Of a stretch of 64,000 bases of DNA, positions 20,385 to 32,574 are shown piece after piece (positions within the stretch are counted from its first letter, which is position 1; every line of letters begins with the position of its first letter). Source of the DNA: an uncultured Phycisphaerales bacterium. Its GTDB lineage: Bacteria; Planctomycetota; Phycisphaerae; Tepidisphaerales; Tepidisphaeraceae. The notes under the pieces are model-generated. The model was not told the origin of the DNA and did not search any database. It saw nothing but the letters and a program-made list of their open reading frames with translations. The translations under genes and the position numbers were made by a program. The stretch covers positions 288,001 to 352,000 of the forward strand of contig CAWJPJ010000005.1 of assembly GCA_963844715.1 (NCBI GenBank), in the 5' to 3' direction.

Positions 20385-22406
20385 CGTGAAGCCGCCAGCT
20401 TTCGCAAATCTTCGACGATCCGGGATATCGGCCGTTGCCAATCCCCGTCGCGCAGCTTGGCGATAGAGGCGCATGCTGGGATACCAAGGCGTGTCGTCGC
20501 GATCCAATAGCCAGCGGAAATCGGTTTTGAAGGGGTTTAGCGTCCAGACGGGTTTTGCCATGGCGCCGGCGAGATGGACGATCGCGGTGTCAACCGCGAT
20601 CGTGAGGTCTAAATTCTCGAGGAGACCCGCGGCGTCGGCGAAGTCGTCCATATCCGCTGTGAGATCGATCAGATCCATTCCCGGCGGCGGTTTTTGGGCG
20701 GCTTCGGGGCCGCGCTGGAGGCTGAAGAATCGCACGTTGGGAATTTTGGCCAATGGGGCGAAAACATCGATGCTGCGGGTGCGCAAATCGGCAAAGAGAG
20801 GGCGGCCGGCCCAGACGAGGCCGACTTTTAAGTCGCCGGCACTTATTTGTCCCCCCTCCCGCATTTGCCCCCTCTCCCTTATTTGTTCCCTCTCGTGCAT
20901 TTGTCCCCTCTCCCTGTACTCGGGGAGAGGGTTAGGGTGAGGGGCAATTCCGGCAGAAGGACCCTCACCCCGGCCCTCTCCCTGAGCACATGGAGAGGGA
21001 GAATACGCGCGGATTTTGGCGGCGAATTTTCTTACGCGATCGGGCGGCGCGACCAGGTATGGGGACGGGCCGGGGATGGTTTCGACTGTCGTCTTGAAGA
21101 TGCGAGGGAGGCTTAGAAGCGGACAGTGGTAATCGAAATCCGGCAGGGGTCGGCCACGCTGGACTAATTGATCGACGCCCGGGATTTGGCGGAAAAGTTC
21201 GAAAAGGGCCGGGAGGCATTCGAGGATGACCTTTGCTCCGCGTTGCGCGGCGAGGGGGACATAGCGGATGAATTGGATCCCGTCGCCGTGGCCGCCTTCG
21301 ACGTGCAGAAGGAGGGTTTTGCCGGCGATGTCCTGGCCGTCCCATTGGGGCTGGCGGAAGCCGCGGTTGAGGCCGGCGGTAAAAACGTTGAGTCGCCATT
21401 CGGATTCTTCCCAGCCTTCGGTCCATTGACCCATGGCAAGGAGCGTGCGGGCGAGGCTCCAGCGGGCGGCGGGTTCGGTTGGATCGATGGCAATGGCTTG
21501 ACGCAGCGCGTCGGCGGCCTCGGCGTTTTGCCCCAGGCCGGATAAGGCGCTGGCGAAACCGGTCAGAGCCGTGGCGAATTTGGGGTCGATCTCAAGGGCG
21601 CGGCGATACCCTTTTATCCCTTCGTCAAAATTTCCCCGAAGACATTGAATCGACGCGATGCCGCAAATGGCGCCAAGATGATTGGGAACAAGCGAGAGGG
21701 TCTTTTGATACGCCTGCATTGCGGGCTGGAGTTGCTGAAGGCTTCGATAAGTAGTGCCGAGATTGTTCCAGGCGTCGCTCCAATCGGGACGGAGGCGCAC
21801 GGTTTCTTCGTAGGCTTTGACGGCGTCGCCGGCGCGGTCGAGGGCTCGCAAGACGTTGGCGCGATTGTATTGTGCTTCGGGGAGATTAGGCGCGATTTCG
21901 CACGCGCGATCGAAAGCGGCCAAAGCTTCGGACATATTACCAGCGGCGGCCAGGGCGGTTCCGAGATTGATGCACGCGGCGGCGTTTTTGGGGTGGATGT
22001 TCAGGAGTTGCCGGGACGCGGCGATCGATTCGGCGAGCTTTCCATCCGACCGCAACGCGACGGCGAGATTGTAAAGGGCCTCGGTGAAGTCAGGCTTGAG
22101 AGCCAGGGCTTGCTGGAACGAGCCGATGGCCTCCGGCAGCCGACCGAGGGCGTTGAGGATCACGCCGAGGTTGTAGTGATAATCGGCGCGGCCAGAGCGG
22201 AGGGCGATGGCTCGCTCCATAATGGGGAGGGCATCAACGGCGTGGCCGAGGGAAAAGGTCGCCATTGCCAAACCATAGAGGGCGTCGGGATGGTCGGGGC
22301 TGGATTGGAGGAGGGTGCGGTACGACTGCCCGGCCTCACTGAAGCGGCCTTCGCGCAGATTCTGTCGCGCGGAATCGAGGGTTTGGCGAACCTCGGCATC
22401 GGTCAC
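20381..22406 (-). CDS. TPR-repeat glycosyltransferase (GT9-like C-terminus) containing an in-frame repeat insertion
   Basis: Many TPRs; EGGHGDGIQFIRY, VDTAIVHLAGAMAKP; inferred true stop overlaps the next ATG (ATGA). Confidence 0.88.
20845..21003. repeat. Inverted pair of CCCTCTCCC/GGGAGAGGG palindromic repeats plus four 18-bp tandem units inside a CDS
   Basis: atttg(t/c)(c/t)ccc-initiated 18-bp units at 20845, 20863, 20881 and 20899, then ggggagagggttagggtgagggg...ccctcaccccggccctctccc. Confidence 0.85.
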
Positions 22407-22424
22407 GCGATGAATATTAAGCGA

Positions 22425-22755
22425 TCAGATGGCGGCGTCGAGGGCGTCGCGGAATTCCTTTTCGGCCCTAAGACCCACGAATTTTTGCGCAGACCTGACC
22501 CCCTTTGAATAGAAGAACCGTGGGGATGGCGCTGATTCCGAATTTGCTTGCGGTGGCGTGATTGGCGTCGGTATCAAGCTTGCCAATCTTAATGCGGTTT
22601 GCGTAGTCACCGGCGAGTTTTTCGATGGTGGGAGCAAGCCGGCGGCAGGGTTGGCACCATTCGGCCCAGAAATCGACCAGGACCGGGACTTTCGATTTGA
22701 TCACTTCTTCATCGAAATTCGCATCCGTGAAATGGGCTACATTTTCGTTGGCCAT
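22425..22755 (-). CDS. trxA: Thioredoxin (frameshift near 22505)
   Basis: PVLVDFWAEWCQPC; FGISAIPT. Confidence 0.93.
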
Positions 22756-22963
22756 TGCTGCCGTCTCCTGTGGTTTTTAGGCCGATCGATGATAGAAGTC
22801 GTCAAACCCAGTGTCAAACGGGCCCATCCTGGGCAGGTATTCAATTCCATTTATTCCACTTGGGGAGATTAGTGGCGCGGAATCTTTGCCGGAAATGGGG
22901 TTGGATTAATTTTTTGAGTATTGGTTTTTAGCTCGGACGGTATAGTGAGAACCCGGAAAAAAG

Positions 22964-23874
22964 ATGTCGGGTCAAGCGTCGCAGAGCGTGAGGTACCCGG
23001 CGGTTGCCGGGCTCTTTTATCCGGATGGAGCCGAGGAATGCCGCGCGGCGGCGGGAAAGCTGCTTGAGGCGGGAACTAGCGAAGCGGCGAAACAGAGCGC
23101 GGAATTTGGATCGCCGGTAGTTGGGGCGATCGTTCCGCACGCGGGATGGATTTGCAGCGGCGCGGTCGCGGCGGAGGCGATCGCGGCGGCTGCGAGGCGA
23201 TGTCCATCGCCGGATTTGGTCGTGGTATTCGGCGCGATTCACACGCCGATCCCGATCCAGACCGGCGCGCTCGACTCCCACGAGCGGTGGGCGATGCCTG
23301 GAGAGGTTTTGACGGTGACGACGGAGTTGCGCGATCGGCTGGGAGCGGATCGCGGCATGTTTGTCGTGGATGACCGGTTTCATAGCCGGGAGCACGCGGT
23401 GGAAGTGGAGTTGCCGCTGGTTCGGATGGCTTGGCCGCAGGCGGCGATATTGCCGGTCGAGACGCCGCCAATCGCCAAAGCGGCGGAGATGGGTATAGCG
23501 GTCGCGCGGCGCGTGCAGGAGATGGGCTTGTCAGCGGTGTATCTGGCAAGCAGCGATTTAACGCATTACGGGCCGAGCTACCGGTTTACGCCCGCCGGAG
23601 TGGGCCCGGCGGGCTTGGACTGGGCGATGGAAAATGACAGGAAAATGCTGGCCGCAGTGGCCTCGATGGAACCCGAGAAGGTAATTGTCGAAGCGGCCGC
23701 GCATTTGAATGCGTGCGGCGCGGGTGCGATAGCGGCCATGATGGCCGCATGCCAGGTTTCGGGGGCCACGGAGGCCCGCATATTGAAGCACACCAATAGT
23801 TATCAGACCTTGGCGCTGTCGCGCCGCAGACCCCGGAGAACGCCGTGGGGTATGCCGCGGTTATGCTGGGATGA
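22964..23874 (+). CDS. AmmeMemoRadiSam system protein B / Memo-like protein (frameshift near the 3' end)
   Basis: RYPAVAGLFYP, IVPHAGWICSG, EHAVEVELP, ASSDLTHYG, C-terminal VGYAAV in an alternate frame. Confidence 0.88.
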
Positions 23875-23892
23875 GAGGGGGCTCGCGACGAG

Positions 23893-23930
23893 CCCCTCGC
23901 TTGCCCTCCCCCGGACCACCGGGGGAGGGC
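23893..23930. repeat. Intergenic palindromic repeat (variant of the family inside tsaD)
   Basis: gccctcccccgg-acca-ccgggggagggc hairpin preceded by cccctcgctt. Confidence 0.75.
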
Positions 23931-24149
23931 GTAAACGCAAGACGTGGGATTTGAGAAACGGAAGATGGGAAAGATGTTGTTCGCCGGCGACATTCGGAAC
24001 AGTTGTTGCGACCGGAATGTTGCGCCAACCCCACTTGCTGGGGTGAAAACCGGCGTGATTGACGGAAAGGTTTCAAGGAGCATGCGGACGGCATGGGTCT
24101 GGCCCGACCTTTGCCTATTAGGTCCGGCATAGCGGGAGGGAAGATGTAT

Positions 24150-24419
24150 ATGAATGAACAGGAATTTCAATCCAAGTTGGCGGAACTGATGGGTGAGATC
24201 AGTACGCTTCCGCCGAGCGAAAGGCAAAAGCTGGAGAAGCTTGCCGACGAGACCCGCGCCCGCCACGAGCGCCTGCGGCAGACGGTGAGTAGTCTCCAGG
24301 AGAGCCTGGACTATCTGCGTCTGAGCATCAAGTATCTGGTATTCGATCTCGAGGCGACACGCCGGGAGAACGGGTATCTCCGCAAGATGCTTGAAGAGAC
24401 GACCGGCGGCGCGGATTAA
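24150..24419 (+). CDS. Small coiled-coil protein of a type conserved in planctomycetes
   Basis: SLQESLDYLRLSIKYLVFDLEATRREN; GGGAGG upstream. Confidence 0.8.
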   Translation: MNEQEFQSKLAELMGEISTLPPSERQKLEKLADETRARHERLRQTVSSLQESLDYLRLSIKYLVFDLEATRRENGYLRKMLEETTGGAD

Positions 24420-24489
24420 GCTTTGCCACTGCTCGATTCTCGCAAAATAGCATTTACCGTTGTTGACCACCCTTGATTGCATGGAGTAA

Positions 24490-24524
24490 GCCGGCGGCGT
24501 TCCCAGCGCCGCCGGCATGTTTTT
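24490..24524 (+). terminator. Intrinsic terminator
   Basis: GCCGGCGGCG / CGCCGCCGGC 10-bp stem followed by ATGTTTTT. Confidence 0.75.
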
Positions 24525-24629
24525 GCGCGAGTTTTGCCCCCCTGACCCCGTTTATTTCGCGATATTGCGCAAACTGCCGATAGTTGCCTTGGCGGCCGAT
24601 TGACACTTAAATCGACCTGAGGCAAGCGT

Positions 24630-25594
24630 ATGCGCGGATATCGAATCATAGTGGCGGCGGTGGGGCTGCGCTCCTGGGGGGGGAGATGGGACGGGTTGCG
24701 TGGTGCGATTCGACCGATTCGACGCCGCCCGCGGAGCAGATGCTGAACGAGATGCTTCAGCCGACGGCTTCGACGACACAACCCTCAGCAACCCTGACGT
24801 CCCAACCTGGCGCGACGGTTCTTCATCCCGATGGATATAAAGACGCGACGGGTCCGGTCGCTGCTGCGTGAAGGATCGACGATCGTGGACCGGACGGGGT
24901 GGGTGCGAACGGTGGCGGACAGCCCATATCCGCAGTTTGTATTTGACGACAGCGAGGGGCCGACCATTCAACCGATGTTTGTGCTGCCGAATCTGCGACT
25001 GATGCAGATCGAGGATGCGGTGTCGGTGACGAAATCGACGCTGCGATTTACGGTTTCGGGGACAGTGACGGAATACAAAGGGGCGAATTACATCCTGCTG
25101 GAGTCGCAACCGGCCGTGGACAGCCGGGAACTGGTGCCGGGGATGGAGCCGCCCCCCACGACGAACCCGGGATCGGCGGATCAGATGCTGGACCAGATGT
25201 TGTCGCGCGATTCGCAGCGGCGCGCCGCCGCTGCCGCGGCCGGCGGCGAACATGACGGATCAGACCAGTGGCGGAGGCTCAGTGGCGCCGGCGGCGCCGG
25301 TGCTCAACGTCGTAAAGGAAGGGTCGCAGGTCATCGATCGCACCGGGAGGCTGACGCGCAGCCCGGACGGGCGGCAGTTTGAATTCACGTTCGATTCCGA
25401 CGGATCGGCGCTCCAGGATGCGCCGCTGCTGATTCTGCCGAATTTGAAACTGGCTACGATGGAGTCGGCGGTATCCGGGGCGACTCGAGATCTTGCATTT
25501 TCGCGTGACGGGGCTGATCACCGAATTCCGCGGGCGCAACTGCATCCTGCTGGAAAAAGTGGTTGTCATTCCCGACACGGTTCAGCAATTTTAA
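24630..25594 (+). CDS. Secreted hypothetical protein with an internally duplicated domain (frameshifts)
   Basis: Two copies of F.FD...P+++LPNL+L..+E.AVS....L.F.V.G.+TE++G.N.ILLE. Confidence 0.7.
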
Positions 25595-25639
25595 TAGCCG
25601 CTTCTAATTCCCACCGTTTAGTGGAAAATCAGTGCCAAT

Positions 25640-27244
25640 ATGATTTTCGGGTCGCCGAACTGGCTGGTGGGACTGGTCGCATGGCTGCTGCTGGCGGCGT
25701 GGATGCTGTGGGGCCGCTGGCCGAGGGCGGTGGTGCCATATTTGCCACTGTGGCTGACAGGTCAGCCGGCGGAACGGCCGCGCTGGCAGATGGAGATGCC
25801 GCCCAAGGCGATCCTGGCCCTGCTGGGAGCGGGGGCGCTGGCGAATATTGGCGGCAGGCGAGCCGGCAGTTTATGGGGCGTGCGGGGACGGACCGGAAGG
25901 TGACAGTCATCGTGGACCGCGGGCTGACGATGTCGGGAGTGCCCGAGGGAGGAGAAAGACGATATGTTCAGGCGACGCTTTCGGCGGAATCGCGCGATCG
26001 ACGACGTCGCGCCGGGGCAAAAATAATCTTGAAACTGGTTCCGCCGATGCCGGGGTCATCGGAGGGCAGTTCCGTTGAGTCGATTGACCTTGCTCTGCCG
26101 ACGGCGTTGGCTGATCCCGACGCCTTGGCGCTGGCGGCGCGGCGGGCCATCGCCAACACCCCGGGACTGGTCGTGCTGGTGAGCAATCAACTCGTGCCGG
26201 TGGAGGATCCGCGGCTCGTGCAGGTGACTCCGGATCAGGCCATGAACGGGGTGGGGATCGACTCCTTGCAAGTTGTGGGGGTTCCACGGCCACAGGCGAT
26301 GGTGCGGATTGCCAACGAGTCGGATTTGAGTGAGGCGACGCTTTCGATCCATTCGGACGGGCAGACGATTGAGGACGAAATCAAGCTGCCGGATCGGGGA
26401 GGGGCGAAGAACTATTTCATGGATTTGCCCAGCGCGGGGAAGGTGATCGAGGCGGATCTGTCGGCGGAAGGGGATTCGCTCGTGGATCAGAAAGCCTGGT
26501 CGGTTCAGCGGTCGGTGTGGCCGAAGATCGAGGCGGATACGGGGATTGTGCCCGAACTGACGAAGATGATCGATGTGTATGGCCGGCTTCGCCCGGCGGG
26601 GGCGGATTCCACAACCGTGACAGTGACGACTGCGCCACGCGAGCTGAATCGTGAAGCGGCGGTCGCGGTACTGGCTCAATCCGCAGCCGGATGATGTGCC
26701 GGTGCAGGTATCGCAGGGATTGGTGGTGGCGAAGGGGCCGCTTTCGACCGAGGGGGTGAACTGGGACGATGTGCTCGCGGATGCGACGGCGGCGCACGTG
26801 GGACCGGAGGGGGATTGGGAGCCGGTCGTGTCGGCCGGGAAATTTGTGCTGGTGGCGATCCGGGAACATCCAGTGCGCCAAGTTTGGATTGGATTTCAAG
26901 CGGCTGGATTTTCAGATCGAGCGGACTTCGTTGTTTTCTGGAGTGAAATATTTAATTGGTTGGGCAAGGCCGGTCCGGTCTATAGCGCACAGACGATCCC
27001 CTCGCCGAACGGGGATTGGGTCCCGATTTTGTCGCACTCGGCGGATGGCAGCGTGACGGCATACAACGCGCCGCCGATGCCGGAGCATCTGGTGGATCAT
27101 CTGGAATGGCGCGACAATCTTGGGAAAGTTGCCGCCGCGCCTGCGAGTCGGGGAGAGGCCGCTGGCGGGGTTGACTGCTGCTCGGGGCGCTGGCGCTATG
27201 CTGCCTGGCGGCGGCAACGTGGCCGGCTGCCAAAGTGCCGATGA
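25640..27244 (+). CDS. BatA-like N-terminal membrane protein (frameshifts)
   Basis: MIFGSPNWLVGLVAWLLLAAW...VVPYLPLW N-terminus; VIVDRGLTM degenerate vWA-like motif. Confidence 0.55.
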
Positions 27245-27339
27245 AAGCGTCGCGGCGTGGCGAAATTCAAGGCGAGGATGGGGGGCGAGCGGGGCGTCAT
27301 TGACAGGGTTTTGCGGGGGGCGTACTTTCTCGAGTAAGC

Positions 27340-27702
27340 ATGGCAGAAGCAATACCTTCGATTTCCGTAACGACTCAGCGGGATATTCGTATCGTTGAAT
27401 TTACGCATAGCAAGATTCTCGACGAGGCAAACATTTCCGATATCGGTCAGACCTTGACGGCATTGGTGGAAGAGAACGATCCGCCCCGGCTGCTGCTCGA
27501 TTTTTCCAATGTCGAACATCTGTCCTCGGCGGCGCTGGGGATGCTGATCAACTTAACAATCTGATCAAACAGAAAAACGGGCAGTTGCGCCTGGCGAATA
27601 TCAAGCCGCAGATATTACGAGGTTTTTGTCATCACGAAGCTGAACAAGCTGTTCCGCATCTGGCCGACGCGGAAGGAAGCGCTGGATAGCTTCGAACAGT
27701 GA
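27340..27702 (+). CDS. STAS-domain anti-anti-sigma factor (frameshifts)
   Basis: LLLDFSNVEHLSSAALGMLI; C-terminal VFVITKLNKLF in an alternate frame. Confidence 0.9.
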
Positions 27703-27718
27703 ATATCGTTGTAAGCAC

Positions 27719-28153
27719 ATGGCAGCCGCTTCGGGTGTCCTCAAATTCGCCATCGAGTCTGATTACAGCTCGGCCCAAAATGTTCAACAAGCCATCCTCG
27801 ATGAAGTGAAGCGGCGGAAGTTCAATCCCGCGGCGGAGTTTGCCATCCAGGTGGCCCTGCACGAGGCGCTGACCAACGCGATCAAGCACGGCAACCAGAT
27901 GAAAGATAAGAAGAAGGTCGCCATCACCGCGAAAATTGGATCAAAGCCGCGGCGGAAATCGTCGTGGAGGACGAAGGGGGCGGGTTCGATCCGCAAGGCG
28001 GTGCCCGATCCGACGCTGGATTGCAATATTCTGCGCCCGAGCGGCCGGGGGATTCATCTGATTGAAACGTACATGGATGAGGTACAGTGGAGCCGGGGGG
28101 GAAGACGAGTGAAAATGGTGCGGCGGAACGGTCCTGACGCGGGGCTAGAATGA
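27719..28153 (+). CDS. RsbW-like anti-sigma factor / serine kinase (HATPase_c)
   Basis: ALHEALTNAIKHGN, VEDEGGGF in an alternate frame, GRGIHLIETYMDEV. Confidence 0.9.
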   Translation: MAAASGVLKFAIESDYSSAQNVQQAILDEVKRRKFNPAAEFAIQVALHEALTNAIKHGNQMKDKKKVAITAKIGSKPRRKSSWRTKGAGSIRKAVPDPTLDCNILRPSGRGIHLIETYMDEVQWSRGGRRVKMVRRNGPDAGLE

Positions 28154-28190
28154 GCAGGCATTCGGGGCCGCGGGTTGGCGGCGACTCACC

Positions 28191-29398
28191 ATGATCATTC
28201 CACTGCGAACAGACGTTCCGATGCGGCGCACTCCCTGGATGAACTGGGGACTGATCCCGCCAACGTGGCGGTATTCGTCGTTACCAGCTACGCGGGGGAC
28301 AGGGGCACGCGGGACTGCTTTATCATGGGGAGCCGATCAAGCAGGCGTTTGCGCTCTGAATCCGCGGGCGCCGAGCTTTGGCAATACTTCACGTATCAAT
28401 TCCTGCACGAGAACTGGCTGCACATTCTGGGGAACATGGTGTTCCTGTACATCTTTGGGAACAATATCAACGATCGAATGGGGCACCTTGGATATCTGGC
28501 GTTTTACCTTGCCGGGGGGGTGATGGCGGGAGTGGGGCACGTGCTCTTCAGTCATCAGCCGGTGATTGGGGCGAGCGGCGCGGTAGCGGCGGTGACGGGG
28601 GCGTTTTTGATCCTTTTGCCGCGGGCGAACATTACGGTGTTTTATTTCTTCTTCCTGTTTGGAGAGCTGGAAATTCCCGGGCTTTGGTTTGTGCTGTTTA
28701 TGTTCGGGCAGGATGTGATCGGGGCGATCTGGCCCAATTGGATGGGAGGCGCGAGGCGGTGGCGCATGCGGCGCACGTGAGCGGGACGGTCTTCGGCGCA
28801 ACGCTGAGCATCGCGCTGCTGGCGACGGGATTGTTGCCGCGCGATCAATTTGATGTCTGGTCCCTCCTGATGCGATGGAATCGGCGGCGGCAATTCAAGG
28901 ATATGGTGAGCCAGGGGTACAACCCGTTTGGATATACGCCGGAGCCGGGCCCGGTGGATCCGCGCCCGCAAACGGTTGATCCGCGTAGCAGCAGGCTGCT
29001 CGATTTGCGAGCCGAAATCAGCGAGGCGATCGCGCACCATAATCTGCCGCACGCGGCGTATTTGTTTCTCGAACTGAAGAAACTGGACCCAAACCAGGTC
29101 TTGTCGCGGCAGGCGCAACTGGACGTGGCGAATCAACTGGCGAGCCAACAATTTTATGCGCAGGCGGCGGAGGCATACGAGCAGTTCCTTTCACACTATC
29201 CCAATTTTGACCAGATCGAGCAGGTGGAGCTGATGCTTGGCGTGATTTACGCCCGGTATTTGCAGCATTACGAGCGGCACGGCAGCTTTTGTTGCGGCGC
29301 TGGCGCGACTGCATGGGGAGCAGCAAATTTCGTGGGCGCGGGCGGAACTGGCGCGGATCGAGCCGCTGATCGCGTCGCGACATACGCCGCAGGTCTAA
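28191..29398 (+). CDS. Rhomboid intramembrane protease with C-terminal TPR-like region (frameshifts)
   Basis: MIIPLRTD, FLHENWLHILGNMVFL, IGASGAVAAV, VAHAAHVSG. Confidence 0.88.
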
Positions 29399-29406
29399 AC
29401 TTCGAC

Positions 29407-30101
29407 ATGGTTTCCCTTGCCAAACGCCGACGGGAAGCGGAATGGATGGACGATCCCGGCGCCGACCCGGCGGTGCTGAGGAGCAGCCTGCGATTTATCC
29501 GGCGGATTAACTTTTGGCTGGGGTACACGCGGGCGACGGTGGGGCATCTGAAACAATTCAGCCGGCGGTGGAAGAAGGGAGAGACCATCCGCATCGTGGA
29601 CCTGGCGACGGGGTCGGCGGATGTGCCTCGGGCGATCTTGAACTGGGCGAAAAAGAGGGGTGGGATGTGCGAGTTGTGGGAGTGGATCGGCACGCCACCA
29701 CGGCGGACGCGGCTCGCGGCAACGAGGCGAACTTGCAGATCGTGCAGGGGGACGTGTTGAACATGCCGTTCGCGGACGGCGCGTTCGACTACGCCATCAC
29801 CGGCATGTTTCTGCATCATCTCGATGATGAAGAAGTGGTCCGGGTCTTGAAGGCGATGGATCGGATTTCGCGGCGCGGAGTGGTTGTGGCGGATTTGCTC
29901 CGACATCGGCGGGCGTACATTTGGATCAAGGTGATCACCGCGATGTCCAATCCGATGGTGCGGCATGACGCGGCGGTGAGCGTGGCGCAGGCGTTTACCG
30001 AGGCGGAAGTCATGGCGCTGCGCGATCGGGCAGGCTTGGGATATGCCCAGTTTTACCGGCACTTCGGACACCGATTCGTTCTGGCGGGGGAAAAGGAATA
30101 A
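29407..30101 (+). CDS. SAM-dependent methyltransferase (frameshift)
   Basis: EWMDDP, RRINFWLG, IVDLATGSAD, FLHHL, VRHDAAVSVAQAF. Confidence 0.88.
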
Positions 30102-30116
30102 GCGCGGGAAAGACGG

Positions 30117-32330
30117 CTATTGCCCCTGAACGTGCTGGCTGGAGTGCCTTTGTGCGGATTCCTGCTCGAGTTCGTCGAGATGTTGGTGGTAACTGCCGCT
30201 GAGGGGCGGGTTCATTTTGCTCAGGGCGGCAAACAATGCGGTGGCTTTGTCGTAATCGGCGGGGTCCTGGGAGGCGGTGAGGTTTTCGGCCTCGACGAGG
30301 AATTCGCGGCCGATTGTCTCGAGGGTGAATTTCATCGCCGGATCGTTCCCATATTCCTGGATGACGGCTGAGGCGAAGGTGGCGGCATCGGTATATTTTG
30401 GGCTTTGATCAGACCCTGAAGCACGTCGCCCTGAAGGGTGTCGATAACGTCGGGTTTCCCGCCGTTGGATTTCCAATAGGTGAGAGCGTCCTGATATTGA
30501 TCGGCGGCGTCGGCGTATTGGCCGACGTCCATCATGCAGTCCCCGACGTTTTGGCGCTGGACGGCGAGGGCTTGAGTAAGAGCATCGCGTTTGGCGCCGG
30601 GAGGGGTGGATTCAATGTCCTTGCTGAGACGATCGCGCAGGGCGAGAAGGGCATCGAGACGCTTGCCGGAGTCGGCGGATTTGAGCGCGTCGGCCAGAGT
30701 CGCCAAATCCTGCTCATCGAGGGACCCCATCCATTTTTGCAGGACCTGCCATGCGGCGCTGCGGACGGAGTCGTCCGGGTCCTTGCTCATACAGTCCAGA
30801 AGATTGGTGATGTAAATGGGCTGGGTCACCGTCCCCAGGGCGCTGACGGCGGCTCGACGGACCTCGGGGTCGGGATCGTTTAAGAACCCTTGGATGGAGT
30901 CGCTGACGTCGGGATTTTGTAGATTGCCCAGGCCGATGATGGCGTTGATGCGAACCTTGGTGGTCTCGCGTGGGTCGAGGAGCGACTCGAAAGTTTGCAG
31001 AAGCTGGGGGTCGTGGAAAGCCGCCATCGCCCCGACGACGGCCGCCCGGAGCGATTGCGTTCCAGGCGCGCCGGTGGATTTCAGTGCGGCCAGGAGGGCC
31101 GTGACCGCTTGCTGCTCGCGATTGCGGTCGGAAAAAATATTCGAATAGTTCGCAGCCAGACGAATTCCCTCGGCCGAAGCGATTCGCACCAGCGTCGAGG
31201 GGTCGTTCTGTACAAATTGCACCATGAGATTGACGGCCTTGGGATCGTAGAGGGGAACAAGCGATTTGATCAGTTCGTCGCGGACGATGTCGTCCTGCTC
31301 GACGGAGAGTCTTTGTACCATGGCCGGGGCGGAATCGGCGTCGTTGTAAAGAGCCTGCGCGGCGGCCGCACGGACGTCGGGGGCGATATCGTCCAGGAGT
31401 CCGCGGACTTTCTCCATGGTCCCGGGAGGGGCGCCATCAGGGGTTTGGCGATCCTGATAGACGATGTTGGCGCCGGCCTGGCGAATCGCCGGAGAGGCGG
31501 ATCGCATGTATTGGATCAGCAGGTTGGCCCGGTCAGTGGGGGTGGTTTGAGATTCGTAAACCGCGTTGAGCAAGTCTACGACATTAGACTCTAACTGGTT
31601 CTCGCTTGAGACCTGGGCCTCGAATGCGTCGGCTCGATGCTGGCGGACGGCGGTTTGAAAGTCCGCGTCAGGTAGATTGCCATTTTTGTCCCACCATTGT
31701 TTCCACGCCTGGACGTTGTGGCCGTACTCCGCCAGGCCGGTCATCTCCATCAGGGCGTCGCCGGCGGCGCGTTCGACCGCATCGCTATCCGTGCGCTGCT
31801 GGAGATCGACCAGAGTCTGGGCGGCGAGCTTTTGGTTGAAGGTGCCGATGGCCATGATCACGGGGACTCGGATGTCGTCGCCCTGGTTGGAGGTGGCGAC
31901 CGTGATCAATCTCTGAAGGACATCCAAATTTCCCTTATAGTGGGAGAGCTGCGGTGGCGGCGGCGCGGACGCGGGCTCGCTGGCCTTCACGATTGACCAG
32001 GAGCGAAAACAGGGGTTCGATGAATTGAGGATCAGGCCAGGAGACGGCAGCCAACGCCCGGGCGACGGCAAGCTGGGAGGCGGTATCGGGCTGCGTGAGG
32101 GCGGCGACCAGGTCGGGAACGACCAGGTCGTCGCGGGAGCTGACCAGCTTATAGGCGGCGGCGTCGCGATCGCCCTGGGAGGCGTGCGGATCGTTTAGGG
32201 TTTGGAGAAGAGGATTGGTCTGTGAGGTCGAGGCCGCGGCCGGAGCGGATTGAGCGATGGCGCGGGAGATGAGACCGACCGTGACAGCCGACAAACATAT
32301 CGCCGCAATCCCAACTTTAAGGCGCACCAT
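30117..32330 (-). CDS. Secreted HEAT-repeat protein (frameshifts)
   Basis: Signal peptide; repeated DxxxxVRxAAxxAL units. Confidence 0.8.
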
Positions 32331-32574
32331 GTGATTATCGTCGAATTCGTGAAATTACCGTATATGCAGGGTCGTTAAAAGGGACGTGGGGTGGGGTGGT
32401 TGCACCTTGGAGACGACCAATGGACGGCTATCCGCTGGCTTTGGATGACCGCGCGTTGCGTGACGCTCAAAAAATCTATTCAAAAAGCGCACGCGGCGCT
32501 TGCCTTGGTTGCGAAGCGGTTGCTACATTACGAACCGTATTTTCGGACCATAATTTGCTGGCGGGCAGCTTCAC

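Noticed and set aside
20845..20916. CRISPR-like array
   Set aside because: 18-bp units are adjacent with no spacers, lie inside a CDS, and no cas genes are present
20055..22406. 783-aa TPR-GT-TPR fusion in the ORF track
   Set aside because: A frameshift near 20450 joins two genes; the corrected frame stops at an ATGA overlap (20381-20384), as in the paralogous cassette
23975..24120. Known riboswitch upstream of the small conserved gene
   Set aside because: Hairpins are present but I recognised no consensus of a known riboswitch class
28378..29760. Apparent rhomboid-TPR-methyltransferase fusion
   Set aside because: Frameshift artefact; the rhomboid-TPR frame ends at TAA 29396-29398 and the methyltransferase starts at 29407
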